A stretch of DNA of 64,000 bases from a virus, in the IMG/VR virus record IMGVR_UViG_3300035698_003924, positions 3,998-67,997 of that record. One strand, written 5' to 3'. Shown here in pieces: positions 18,216 to 27,757 of the stretch (positions are counted from its first letter, which is position 1; every line of letters begins with the position of its first letter). The notes below the pieces were generated by a model that was not told where the DNA came from, searched no databases, and worked only from the letters and a program-made list of their open reading frames with translations. The position numbers and the translations under genes were made by a program.

Positions 18216-20896
18216 TAGTCTTGTACCTCCAGGAATACGCCCCGTAGAATATACTTACCCGGCTTGACATCTACGGGTTCTACACCCTTCCACCAGATGT
18301 TACCAATGTAGTGCTGGCCATCCTTGTGCTGCCGGCCTTTTGGATACTCCGGTGGCAGCTTACGATCCATAGTCTGCTTCGACCACTCCGGCCGGTCATT
18401 AGGATCAAGCCATGTGTGGAACTGCTTGTGAAAATCACCGACCTTAATCTTAGCTCCTGGCATATACTCACAGAACTCGTCGATGAAGGAAGCGAGTGCG
18501 GATTTATTATATTGTTGTGCCCGTTCTTTTTCTACCGTCGTTATGACAGGTACATTGAGGCGGTCTGGTGACACTGGTAGCTCTAGCGACAACACCGCTG
18601 CTAGAAAGTCTGGTGCCTCTTTCTCCAGCTTGGGTATGATCGCCTTCTTCGGGATCACTTCCAGCGGATCGAGAGCCGGGACATAACACATAGTGATACG
18701 GGTATCGCCGGGGAACACCGGACAATACTCGCTACTGTTAGCACACTGAACCCAATGTGACGTGTTCGGGATGTGGTAGGGCGCACGATACATATGCCGG
18801 ATGTTCAGTTGCCTAGATGTCACCCAGTCTTTGATGCGATTGTATGCTTGCTTGTTACTGCTCAAGTCCACTTCCTCAACGACGCAGATAATGGCACCTT
18901 CAAGCTCACCGTTGAATCCCGACTGTGTCGTTAGCGCCAAGTCAGCCCGTTGGTAGCCACTGGTCACCAATAGACTCAGCGCCTCATGGAAGATAGACTT
19001 ACCGGAGTTCTCGCTACCGTAGAAGAATAGGTATGGCAGCGGTTCTGTTGGCTCCTGGAATAGCGACGCTATCCAACATTTTAGGTAGTCCGCGCCCGTG
19101 AGGATACCGTTGGCTTGCGCCCAGGTGTTACGCTTGACAGCATCATCGAGGCCCAGGCCACAGTGATTCAGAATACCGAGCCATGTATCGTATTTGAGAT
19201 TGTCGCTAGACTCGGTGGGACTATACCTGAACTGCGCGGCATTTCGATTCCACTCACGGTCACCTGGATACTCGGATTCAAAAGGTTTGTTCACAAGCTG
19301 CCATGCTCTTGATACCGATGACCCTAGCACAACATCGATGTCTTTCGCAACCATACCCGTGGCTTTTAGCCCAAGCTTGACGTGCACGATAGGCTCGAAA
19401 CGCCAGTTGTCATCTGAGAACATGACCCACCCGGAGTCCTCGTTGTTGGACGTTATCAGGTGACGCACAAGATCGTCGTAGTTGCCCATGTCCGGGTCTT
19501 TGGTAGCCACCGTAGTACAGTTGTAGATACGTGCCCATGGCTTCTTGCCATCAGTCAACCATCCGGGCATCTTATCGGCGGAGTCCATTGGGTCGTGGTC
19601 GATTTCGATAATCAGTCTGCCGTCACGGTGCTCGCGTAGCGTGGCTTTACGGCTGTGCAGCGAGGGGTCAACGGACACCGTTATACCCAACAACAGCGCA
19701 GCGGATACAGCCAGCTCTGCTTCACGGAAATTGAATCCGCCCTTCTCATCTTCGAGGCCACCGTATGCGCGACATGCTGTACGCAAGTCCGGTAGCTTAT
19801 TGAAGTAGCAATGTGTCCAGCCTTGACCATCTTGAATCCATGACGGATCTTCTGATACCCCGCGTGAGTACCTACGTAGCGACCATGAGCCGTTACGCGT
19901 AGGGAACAAGAAACAGTTGTGGTCTGCACCAATCTCTTTACCCCTGGATATGGTTTTATAATAACCGGTAAGGCCCAGCTCCGCGTGGGCCTGTGTCAGG
20001 TGTACCGTGTGTGTTACCAGCATGTTCTTATCTTGATCCCACCACCAAACCGCATCGGTCTGTCTGAGGAACTCAATCAGTTTCTTGTGGCCCTCGTCCA
20101 GCTTGGTCGTAGATCGTTGGCCGGCCAGTGTTGTTAGCGGGTCAGCGTCGATATCCTGATTCCCTGAAACATGTGACCGCCGTTTCAGTACGGCCAGATG
20201 GTCACGCCAGTTCGGGGGTATTTGGGCCAGTGGCTCACCCTGTTTGATTAACTCCAGGCCGCTAGTCCCGGCCATTTTGCGGTGCCATACCCACATGTTA
20301 CTCCCGCACACGTCTACGCGTGAGCAGAAATCGTAACCCGTAAGCGCAGCCAACTGTCCGAGTATAGCTCGCGCTAGTGCGGCATGTTCCGTGTGATTGT
20401 CCGTGGGTACAGGTGGGTCTAGGCTTATGTACAGGTGTATGCCGTGGCCTGATGTAGACCTGCGTATCGTGAGGTAGGGTATAGTCTTGGCAGTATCCTC
20501 AAGACTCTGCAATTCCATCTTAGACAAATGGTTGCCTGAATCCCCGTGGTCTACTATAGCATCGAAGTCGAAGGCCACCCATCTGCTGACACGATTCTTC
20601 CAATCCCATCCGGTCATACCGATACCTTCAGCGTGTAGCTGAAGGTCGAACCTCATATCAGTATCTTCATAGTGTGCATCTTTGTTGGCGGAGTACGGGA
20701 TACGGAAAGACTTCCAAGTCGTTAGCCCGTCCGTCCATCCGTGCCACTTGCGCCCCTTGTAATCACCGTCGATGCGTTCGCCCGAATCTTGGCCCACGTT
20801 GACTTGACATTCCATATCAAACGAATACAGGTTTGCCAAATCAGCGTGTGTTGCGTGGTTCAGTAAAGCAGATATGGCTTGCGTCCGGGTCGGCAT
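18215..20896 (-). CDS. Primase-helicase (AEP prim-pol N-terminus plus SF3/D5-like helicase)
   Basis: FDFD and STSGHGIHLY primase motifs; GSENSGKS Walker A, VVEE Walker B. Confidence 0.85.
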   Translation of the reverse strand: MPTRTQAISALLNHATHADLANLYSFDMECQVNVGQDSGERIDGDYKGRKWHGWTDGLTTWKSFRIPYSANKDAHYEDTDMRFDLQLHAEGIGMTGWDWKNRVSRWVAFDFDAIVDHGDSGNHLSKMELQSLEDTAKTIPYLTIRRSTSGHGIHLYISLDPPVPTDNHTEHAALARAILGQLAALTGYDFCSRVDVCGSNMWVWHRKMAGTSGLELIKQGEPLAQIPPNWRDHLAVLKRRSHVSGNQDIDADPLTTLAGQRSTTKLDEGHKKLIEFLRQTDAVWWWDQDKNMLVTHTVHLTQAHAELGLTGYYKTISRGKEIGADHNCFLFPTRNGSWSLRRYSRGVSEDPSWIQDGQGWTHCYFNKLPDLRTACRAYGGLEDEKGGFNFREAELAVSAALLLGITVSVDPSLHSRKATLREHRDGRLIIEIDHDPMDSADKMPGWLTDGKKPWARIYNCTTVATKDPDMGNYDDLVRHLITSNNEDSGWVMFSDDNWRFEPIVHVKLGLKATGMVAKDIDVVLGSSVSRAWQLVNKPFESEYPGDREWNRNAAQFRYSPTESSDNLKYDTWLGILNHCGLGLDDAVKRNTWAQANGILTGADYLKCWIASLFQEPTEPLPYLFFYGSENSGKSIFHEALSLLVTSGYQRADLALTTQSGFNGELEGAIICVVEEVDLSSNKQAYNRIKDWVTSRQLNIRHMYRAPYHIPNTSHWVQCANSSEYCPVFPGDTRITMCYVPALDPLEVIPKKAIIPKLEKEAPDFLAAVLSLELPVSPDRLNVPVITTVEKERAQQYNKSALASFIDEFCEYMPGAKIKVGDFHKQFHTWLDPNDRPEWSKQTMDRKLPPEYPKGRQHKDGQHYIGNIWWKGVEPVDVKPGKYILRGVFLEVQD

Positions 20897-20950
20897 GATT
20901 TTGATTCTCCATTATCGTCGAAGTGCTGAACCATAATCATATCTGTGGGC

Positions 20951-21112
20951 GACTGACTGACTGACTGCCCTATATAATGATATACTATTATAAGGCGCGT
21001 ACGGGGGGAATAATAAATAATTCTCGAAAAACTTTTCCTGACTGACTAACTACTAACAGACATGTTATACATTGAAGAAGAAGAAGAATAATAATTGTAT
21101 ATAAGAGATGGG
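20951..21112. other. Putative replication origin region
   Basis: (GACT)4 at 20951, AT-rich tracts, lies between divergent primase and ParB genes; related element inverted at 46497-46570. Confidence 0.45.
20985..20995 (-). promoter_or_regulatory. CCTTATAATAG -10-type promoter facing the primase operon
   Basis: Same 11-mer as at 21172 and 51203, preceded by an AT tract. Confidence 0.6.
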
Positions 21113-21171
21113 ACGGCGGATAATTAGTCAGAAATTTTTTTTATTTTTATTTACTTTTCGATAGGCTGCCG

Positions 21172-21182
21172 CCTTATAATAG
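21172..21182 (+). promoter_or_regulatory. CCTTATAATAG -10-type promoter for the replication operon
   Basis: TATAAT core, upstream T tract. Confidence 0.6.
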
Positions 21183-21314
21183 AGTAACATTTATATAGCC
21201 TTGCGCCAACGCCTATACATGGAGGGCAGGAAAGTAGCTTATTGCAAAAAACCAGAATCAAGTTACGATATGATTCATGATTCAGCAGTACACGCCAAAC
21301 TGATTCGGAGAAGC

Positions 21315-22343
21315 ATGATGGGTGAGCTGAAAAAGCTGGACATTTCGCTGGTTCGTGAAAACCCGATTGCCTTGCGTACCTGTGACCGTACCCGCGAAGA
21401 TTATCTTGGTCTCGTCGATTCTATGAAGCAACTCGGCTTCCAAGGTGCTGTCACGGTTCGCGCGTCCAAAGACCCCGAAACGGGCGAGGACTACTACGAG
21501 TTGATCGACGGGCTCCACCGCCTCAACGCTGCGAAGGATGCGGGGATTCAGGAAATCAACGTCGATGTGGCAAGCATGACGGACGCACAGGTTTTGGCCG
21601 CGCAGCTTATGGCAAACGTCCATAAGATCGAGACCAAGCCCGTCGAGTATTCGCAGCAGCTCAGTCGTATCCTCGCGAACGACATGATGCTGACCGAGGC
21701 CGAGCTTGCGGCCCGCTTGGGTAAGAGCCCCGCATGGATCGCTCAGCGCCTCGGCCTGAACAAGATTCAGAACGAGGAAATCGTCAAGCTGATTAACGAA
21801 GGCAAGATCAACCTCTCCAACGCTTACGCCCTTGCGCGTCTGCCAGAAGAGGAACGTGCCGACTTCGTTGATGAAGCCATGACGCTCGCGCCCAACGAGT
21901 TTGTGCCCAAGGTGCAGGCTCGCGTGAAGGAACTCAACGAGGCCCGTCGTAAGGGCAAGGACGCGGCACCCAAGGTGTTCACGGCCATCGCATACATGCA
22001 GTCCAAGAAGTCCATCGAGGATGATTTGGCGAACCCGGAGATCGGTCCCCATCTCATCTCCGCCACCGAGACGGCCACCGTCGAGGACGCCTTCCAGCTC
22101 GCGCTTCAGTGGGTGTTGCATCTTGATCCCGAAAGCATCAAGGTCCAGCAGGCCAAGTACGACGAGAAGGAAGCGGCCAAGGCTGCGAAGAAGGTCGAGT
22201 CGGACGCTAAGAAGGCTGACAAGGCCGCCGCGAAGGCTAAGAAGGCCTCCGAGGAAGCCGCCGCTGCCGCTGTGAAGGCCACGGCTGTCTTGAACGGCGA
22301 GGAAGTCGCTGAAGAGACGCCCGTCGAGCCTGTCGAGGCGTAA
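21315..22343 (+). CDS. ParB/Spo0J-like protein with Ala/Lys-rich tail
   Basis: YELIDGLHRLNAA, HTH LAARLGKSPAWIAQRL; GGAG RBS before 21315. Confidence 0.85.
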   Translation: MMGELKKLDISLVRENPIALRTCDRTREDYLGLVDSMKQLGFQGAVTVRASKDPETGEDYYELIDGLHRLNAAKDAGIQEINVDVASMTDAQVLAAQLMANVHKIETKPVEYSQQLSRILANDMMLTEAELAARLGKSPAWIAQRLGLNKIQNEEIVKLINEGKINLSNAYALARLPEEERADFVDEAMTLAPNEFVPKVQARVKELNEARRKGKDAAPKVFTAIAYMQSKKSIEDDLANPEIGPHLISATETATVEDAFQLALQWVLHLDPESIKVQQAKYDEKEAAKAAKKVESDAKKADKAAAKAKKASEEAAAAAVKATAVLNGEEVAEETPVEPVEA

Positions 22344-22358
22344 GGTTCACTGAATCAT

Positions 22359-22391
22359 GGAACAGGCAGCGGGATACCCGTTGCCTGTTCC
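22359..22391 (+). terminator. Stem-loop after ParB-like gene
   Basis: ggaacaggcagcggg/cccgttgcctgttcc inverted repeat. Confidence 0.6.
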
Positions 22392-22444
22392 ACATTACTA
22401 TCTAGGATTCACCAAACCATCCACATCAACTGAAAGAGACTACT

Positions 22445-23119
22445 ATGACTGAGCTGGAAAAGACGCCCGAAGCCGCTGTCCCCGCGACCCTGGATATGGG
22501 CAGCGCGGTTCAGAAGCACAGCGCCGAGGAGTTCGATAAGCTGGCTGCATCGACGTTCATGCCGCGTCTGCAACTCATGACGTCCAACTCGGAGAAGTGC
22601 AAGGCGGGCGAGTTCCCGATCAACCATTACGCGTTGGTCAAGGGGAGCGAGTTTGTGGACATGGGCGGCGAAGTGGACGTGCTGGTTATCATCTGGAGGC
22701 CCAAGGCGTTGCGTATGGGCGATCAGGTGCTGGCTTACTTCGACACCGAGCATGAGGAGTTCAAGCGGATCGAAGCTGATTCAACGAAGCCGAACTCGAA
22801 GTGCATGTATGGCCCGGAGTTCTTGGTCTGGATCCCTGAGGCCAAGACGTTCGCGACATTCTTTATGGGCTCTATCTCAGCCCGTAATGAATCCGGGGCT
22901 GTTCTGGCAAATCTCGGGCAGGCCATGACCATTGCTGCCCAGAAGATCAGCAACCCCAACTTCACTTGGTTCGCACCTCAAGCGAAGAAGTGTTCGAATC
23001 CGATTCAGCTCCCGGACCAGGACATCTTCGACGCCGCTGCCGAGAAGTTCAACAATCCCGTACAGTCGGACGTCGAGACTGCTGACGCCCCGGCGGACGG
23101 TGAGGAACGCGCTAGGTAG
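22445..23119 (+). CDS. Probable single-stranded DNA-binding protein
   Basis: Position in the replisome cluster, aromatic beta-rich core, acidic C-terminal tail. Confidence 0.5.
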   Translation: MTELEKTPEAAVPATLDMGSAVQKHSAEEFDKLAASTFMPRLQLMTSNSEKCKAGEFPINHYALVKGSEFVDMGGEVDVLVIIWRPKALRMGDQVLAYFDTEHEEFKRIEADSTKPNSKCMYGPEFLVWIPEAKTFATFFMGSISARNESGAVLANLGQAMTIAAQKISNPNFTWFAPQAKKCSNPIQLPDQDIFDAAAEKFNNPVQSDVETADAPADGEERAR

Positions 23120-23176
23120 AGTAGATGGCCTCCTCGACCGAAGTAGTCTGACGAGACGAAAAGGCGGGCGGCGACG

Positions 23177-23210
23177 GGTACCGGGGAGGATTCTCCCCGG
23201 TGCCTTATTT
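23177..23210 (+). terminator. Intrinsic terminator
   Basis: ggtaccggggag-gatt-ctccccggtgcc followed by ttattt. Confidence 0.65.
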
Positions 23211-23246
23211 ACAACCAACGTAAGCATAACGAGAGACGATCACGAC

Positions 23247-23750
23247 ATGCCCAAGGTTACACCCATACTGGCTACCCAGGTCAACTGGGGCACGTTCATT
23301 GAATCTGCCAAACGCTACACGGGAGTATCCCCAACAAGATGCCTTGACGACTCCAACATTGAACTGCAGGATGCTGGCGCACTTGTGCATACCATGAATG
23401 ATCTTCTGAATCAGGGCCGGGTACCCCGTCTGGGGTGTCCGGCCCTACGTTATGTATCCTATGGATTCCTGATCGAGGCAAGTTGGGACGCGGTATCTAC
23501 ACTGATGGATGATACTGACCTGGACGTGACCCGGCTATCCGGTGACAGGCATACCGCCTGTGTAGCGACGGGCACCCTGCAACAATGGCTTATGGCGTTC
23601 CTTGGCCTACAAGATTACCACATTAGCGACTATCGCCAAGCCATGAACCAGTGTCAGTCATACCTGGAACAGTCCAAAGTGATTCGAGGAATCCTAGATA
23701 CCCGTAGCAAATTGTATAGTGTTGACGGTACCTACACATTGAGAGGATGA
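23247..23750 (+). CDS. Degenerate ThyX-like (FAD-dependent thymidylate synthase fold) protein
   Basis: ALRYVSYGFLIEAS and TACVATGTLQQW resemble ThyX segments, but the RHR motif is absent. Confidence 0.4.
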   Translation: MPKVTPILATQVNWGTFIESAKRYTGVSPTRCLDDSNIELQDAGALVHTMNDLLNQGRVPRLGCPALRYVSYGFLIEASWDAVSTLMDDTDLDVTRLSGDRHTACVATGTLQQWLMAFLGLQDYHISDYRQAMNQCQSYLEQSKVIRGILDTRSKLYSVDGTYTLRG

Positions 23751-23753
23751 GTC

Positions 23754-24251
23754 ATGATCCCGTCGTTCTATGAAAATACACCGTTCGAGTACAGAGGCTA
23801 TCATGCTTATGGCTGGCACCCAGGTAACAGAGTAAACGAGTATGAGTGCTACCTGGACAAAGGCTATGACACCCCGTGTCTTGTGGCCCGTGTCTTGCTG
23901 CCAGAGATATCGCTATACGGGTTCCAGTACGAGCAGTTAGCGGCACTCGCACTAGACGGAGCAGTATATAATCCGCCGCTGATTCAAGTACAGTCGAAAC
24001 TGGTGCCCAGAGGTACGCACACCTACACTCATGCACATATGGATCCGATGGAACTCGTGTGGCGGGGTGACATAGATATTACGGTAAAGGATAATTGCTG
24101 CCTGTCACCCGCATACCAGTCCATGTATAAGTGGGTATACACAATCGGCAGGAAGTGTTGGATATATTATTCGGCAACAACGCCCTGTGAGGAATGTGGC
24201 TTGATGCCCTACACACTACCTGAAAGGTACGACAGATGGCTGACCGTATAG
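23754..24251 (+). CDS. Hypothetical protein
   Basis: 165 aa, in operon. Confidence 0.55.
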   Translation: MIPSFYENTPFEYRGYHAYGWHPGNRVNEYECYLDKGYDTPCLVARVLLPEISLYGFQYEQLAALALDGAVYNPPLIQVQSKLVPRGTHTYTHAHMDPMELVWRGDIDITVKDNCCLSPAYQSMYKWVYTIGRKCWIYYSATTPCEECGLMPYTLPERYDRWLTV

Positions 24252-26206
24252 TCCATACGAAGTTCATCGCTGGTGGCTATAAGTTACCTATCACGCTGAC
24301 ATATAAAGGTGCTCGTATCTTTGTCCAGTTCCCGTTCAGCCGGATTATGATTAGCGAAATCAAACAGATGGAAGGCCACAAGTGGCATGGCTTTGAAGAT
24401 CCGCCCCGTAAGGTTTGGTCAATCGCTGACAGTACCCGTAACGCGTTCCAGATGGCGTATCTTGAGGGCAAGAACCCGTACGCTACATACGAGGCACCGA
24501 TAGACCTGGAGCAAGTATCATCCGACCGACCGCTGTACAACCACCAGCTACAGATGAAAGCCACGGGCCTCCAGTATCATTATGTGATCTGGGGCTGCGA
24601 GATGGGAACAGGCAAGACCCTCTCGGCGATTGAAGTAATCGAGGCGGCCGATCTTGGTGGGTACGCTGTCTGGTATGTCGGTCCCCGTTCCGGTGTGATC
24701 GCCGTGGAACGTGAGATACGCAAGTGGAAGTGTACTGTACCCATCGAACTCATGACCTACGAGCGTCTAACGAAGCGCGTAGCTGAATGGGAAGATGACG
24801 CTCCAGCCCCGCGTATCGTGATCTTCGATGAATCCTCCAAGATCAAGAACCCTACCGCGCAACGCTCCCAGGCTGCTAAGCATCTAGCTGATGCTATCCG
24901 TACCGAGCATGGTGACATGGGCTACGTGATCCTCATGTCTGGTACACCTGCTCCAAAGAATCCGGTTGACTGGTGGTGGCAATGCGAGGTAGCGTGTCCG
25001 GGCTTCATCAAGGAAGGTTCGCAAGGTAAGTTTCGTACCCGCTTGAGTGTTATCGAGACACGCGAGAACATGATAACAGGTGGTAGCTACCCGCATATCG
25101 TGACATGGCTCGACGATGCCAAGAAGTGTAACATCTGTGGCGAGTTCGAGGACCATGAGAAACATGACCCGTCTAAGCGGTTATTCAAGGGTAAGACTGG
25201 AACCAAGACGGCAACAGAGCAACCGTCCTTGGGGCCACATGCTTTCATCGCGTCCAAGAATGAGGTCGAGTACCTATACAAACGTATGATGGGTCTGGTG
25301 CTGGTACAGTTCAAGAAGGACTGTCTCGACCTGCCGGACAAGCAATATGTGGTTGAGAAAATCAGACCGACACCGGACATCTTACGAGCAGCCAAGCTGA
25401 TTAAGCAAACCGCCAACAGGGTCATTGAGGCTTTGACCCGTATCCGTGAGTTGTCGGATGGCTTCCAGTATTCCAAGGAACAGGACGGTACAGAACAGTG
25501 TCCGAACTGTCTCGGTACTGGACAAGTTCAGATACCAGAGATGGCTGAAGGTGCAGTACCCGAAGAAGTCAAGACCGAGAACTACACGATGGTCGATGCC
25601 TGTTGTGACTACTGCGGTGGCGATGGCGAGGTACCCCGGTATGTGCGCCCGACCATCGAGACTGGTAGCCCGAAGGATGCTTTCTTCGTGGATCAATTAG
25701 ATTTGCATGAGGACATCGGGCGCTATGTCGTGTGGGGAGGATTCACCGGGACTATAGACAGGCTCGTAGCCCTGGCCCACCAGCAGGGCTGGTGTACGTT
25801 GCGTGTCGATGGTCGAGCGTTCGCCGCACAGTCGCCGATGGGTGACATAGCTGACGTGAACGAATACTTCGATGCGATGGACCTGTCGCACCCGGACCAC
25901 GAGAGACTGCTGGAGAAGATTCCTAAAATCTGTTTCGTGGGTCACCCGCAAGCTGGGGGTATGGCGCTCACTTTGACGTCCAGTCCTACCGCCCTGTACT
26001 ATAGCAACTGCTTCGACGGCGGTGCGCGTATGCAGTCTGAGGATCGTATCCACCGTGCTGGCATGGACGTGAACCGGGGAGCAACGATCATTGATCTGGA
26101 GATGCTACCTACGGACAGGCTGGTACTGGAGAACCTGCGTAAGAAGAAACGTATGCAGGACTTGACGATGGGCCAACTTGAGGAGGTAATGGCAGATGCG
26201 AGTTAG
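24236..26206 (+). CDS. SNF2-family helicase with zinc-finger insertion
   Basis: EMGTGKT, FDES, SGTP, QSEDRIHR; CPNCLGTG..CDYCGGDG insert. Confidence 0.9.
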   Translation: MADRIVHTKFIAGGYKLPITLTYKGARIFVQFPFSRIMISEIKQMEGHKWHGFEDPPRKVWSIADSTRNAFQMAYLEGKNPYATYEAPIDLEQVSSDRPLYNHQLQMKATGLQYHYVIWGCEMGTGKTLSAIEVIEAADLGGYAVWYVGPRSGVIAVEREIRKWKCTVPIELMTYERLTKRVAEWEDDAPAPRIVIFDESSKIKNPTAQRSQAAKHLADAIRTEHGDMGYVILMSGTPAPKNPVDWWWQCEVACPGFIKEGSQGKFRTRLSVIETRENMITGGSYPHIVTWLDDAKKCNICGEFEDHEKHDPSKRLFKGKTGTKTATEQPSLGPHAFIASKNEVEYLYKRMMGLVLVQFKKDCLDLPDKQYVVEKIRPTPDILRAAKLIKQTANRVIEALTRIRELSDGFQYSKEQDGTEQCPNCLGTGQVQIPEMAEGAVPEEVKTENYTMVDACCDYCGGDGEVPRYVRPTIETGSPKDAFFVDQLDLHEDIGRYVVWGGFTGTIDRLVALAHQQGWCTLRVDGRAFAAQSPMGDIADVNEYFDAMDLSHPDHERLLEKIPKICFVGHPQAGGMALTLTSSPTALYYSNCFDGGARMQSEDRIHRAGMDVNRGATIIDLEMLPTDRLVLENLRKKKRMQDLTMGQLEEVMADAS

Positions 26207-26375
26207 TGAGCTGATAAGCAAACTACAAGAGGCACAAGCAGAGTCTGGCGATCGGATGACTTGGTGCAATACCTTCTGCCCGGTATGCGATGCCGAGTTT
26301 GACAATCATCATGTCAGTGAGATCAACTTCACTGAGGGTAAGGGATTCGAGCTACTTTTTGAAAGGATGGACTAA
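26196..26375 (+). CDS. Small hypothetical protein (59 aa, not in ORF track)
   Basis: MRVSELISKLQE...; GGAGG RBS. Confidence 0.5.
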   Translation: MRVSELISKLQEAQAESGDRMTWCNTFCPVCDAEFDNHHVSEINFTEGKGFELLFERMD

Positions 26376-26377
26376 TC

Positions 26378-27220
26378 ATGGCCGGACCGACGCTACACAC
26401 TATCAACGTGAAGGACTTGCACATCGACGCCGCCTTCAATTGTCGCGGTATGATTGCGCCAATCGATGTCGTCGAATTGGCTAAGGACATCGAGGCCCAT
26501 GGCCTCATCCAGCCCGTGACAGTCTCGCCATATAATGAGGAAATGCGGCTCAAGACCGGCTATAAGTATAGGCTAGTGGCAGGATTCCGTAGAGCTACGG
26601 CGACGTTTGTGGTGCTGAAGCGCACCGTGATTCTGGGAATCGTCAACGATAACATGCAGGATGATGCGACAGCCCGTATCTTCAACTTGGCCGAGAACAT
26701 CCAGCGCAAGGACTTGAACATCTTGCAGGAAGCCCTTGCTATCAAGTCCCTGTATGATATGGGTATCGGTGAGGAAGCTTGTGCCGCGCAGCTCGGCAAG
26801 TCACGCGGTTGGGTGCAGGTACGTGGCATGTTGCTACGGCTGCCCAATGATATCCAGGTCCAGTGTGCTGCCGGATTCATCAAGCAGACACAGATCCGCG
26901 ACCTCACTACGGTCTTGAATGACAGCGGCACAGATGCCTGCATCCTCGTGGCCCGTGACATGAAGGCCGCCCGTATCAAGGGTGAGGTACTGGGACCGGT
27001 CGTGAAGAAGCGTAGTCCCCTCAAGTCCAAGTGTGTCCGTAAGCGCCCAGAGATTCAAAACATGATCGACCACATTGCAGCTAATGTCGGTATGGGCATC
27101 CAGACACGGGCGCTCGCATGGTGTGCCGGTGAGATCACGACCGGAGAGATTTGTACTGACATCAAGGAGCATATGCACGGACTAGGTTTGCTCTACGCCC
27201 CGCATGAGGATGAAAGCTAA
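26378..27220 (+). CDS. Second ParB/Spo0J-like protein
   Basis: GLIQPVTV, LVAGFRRA, NLAENIQRKDLN, HTH QLGKSRGWV. Confidence 0.9.
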   Translation: MAGPTLHTINVKDLHIDAAFNCRGMIAPIDVVELAKDIEAHGLIQPVTVSPYNEEMRLKTGYKYRLVAGFRRATATFVVLKRTVILGIVNDNMQDDATARIFNLAENIQRKDLNILQEALAIKSLYDMGIGEEACAAQLGKSRGWVQVRGMLLRLPNDIQVQCAAGFIKQTQIRDLTTVLNDSGTDACILVARDMKAARIKGEVLGPVVKKRSPLKSKCVRKRPEIQNMIDHIAANVGMGIQTRALAWCAGEITTGEICTDIKEHMHGLGLLYAPHEDES

Positions 27221-27477
27221 TGGCCGACCCTGACCTGATTGAGAAAACCACCTCCGCATTGGTAGAAGAACTGGCTAATAGGCTAGATCTTTTTGTTGTG
27301 GCCGGCGTGAAGATGCGAACAGCCAAAGAGTCTATAGAATTCAAGTTCTACAGGGGCGATACCACCAGCTGTGCGGGCCTTTGCTCTGGCTTGACACATG
27401 TAATCTGGCAAGATCACGCTGCTGAGGATGCCCTCGACATGGAGGAAGAAGGCAATGAGTCAGATCACATGGGTTAA
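27220..27477 (+). CDS. Hypothetical protein
   Basis: TAATG coupling. Confidence 0.55.
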   Translation: MADPDLIEKTTSALVEELANRLDLFVVAGVKMRTAKESIEFKFYRGDTTSCAGLCSGLTHVIWQDHAAEDALDMEEEGNESDHMG

Positions 27478-27595
27478 GATGTTAGCTGTTGTAGCAATTG
27501 CCGTAGGTTTCGGATTTATGTCCAGGTGGATGGGCTACGATGAGGGTACCTGCTACATTGTAGCGATGGTCGTTTATTTCAACATGATTGGGTGA
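27455..27595 (+). CDS. Small membrane protein (46 aa)
   Basis: Two hydrophobic segments; read manually. Confidence 0.4.
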   Translation: MSQITWVKMLAVVAIAVGFGFMSRWMGYDEGTCYIVAMVVYFNMIG

Positions 27596-27598
27596 ACC

Positions 27599-27757
27599 AT
27601 GAAGAAGAAAACAAGAAAACTACTGTGCAGTATCGCGATACCCGTGGCAACCGGAATGTTCTTCATGACTATTACTACCCTCATAGGATACACTGAGGAT
27701 ACTGCGTTATTGGTGGGGCTAATAACTTCTTACGCAGCGAACGCGGAGTTGACATGA
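27599..27757 (+). CDS. Small membrane protein (52 aa)
   Basis: Basic N-terminus, hydrophobic segments, ATGA overlap with polymerase. Confidence 0.4.
   Translation: MKKKTRKLLCSIAIPVATGMFFMTITTLIGYTEDTALLVGLITSYAANAELT

Noticed and set aside
21282-22121. Long antisense ORFs (also 41136-41999, 43043-43777, 47982-48755, 57373-58323)
   Set aside because: Shadow frames opposite well-supported genes; no recognisable motifs
22932-23246. N-terminal extension of the 272-aa ORF
   Set aside because: Overlaps the SSB-like gene and a terminator; ATG 23247 is the likelier start
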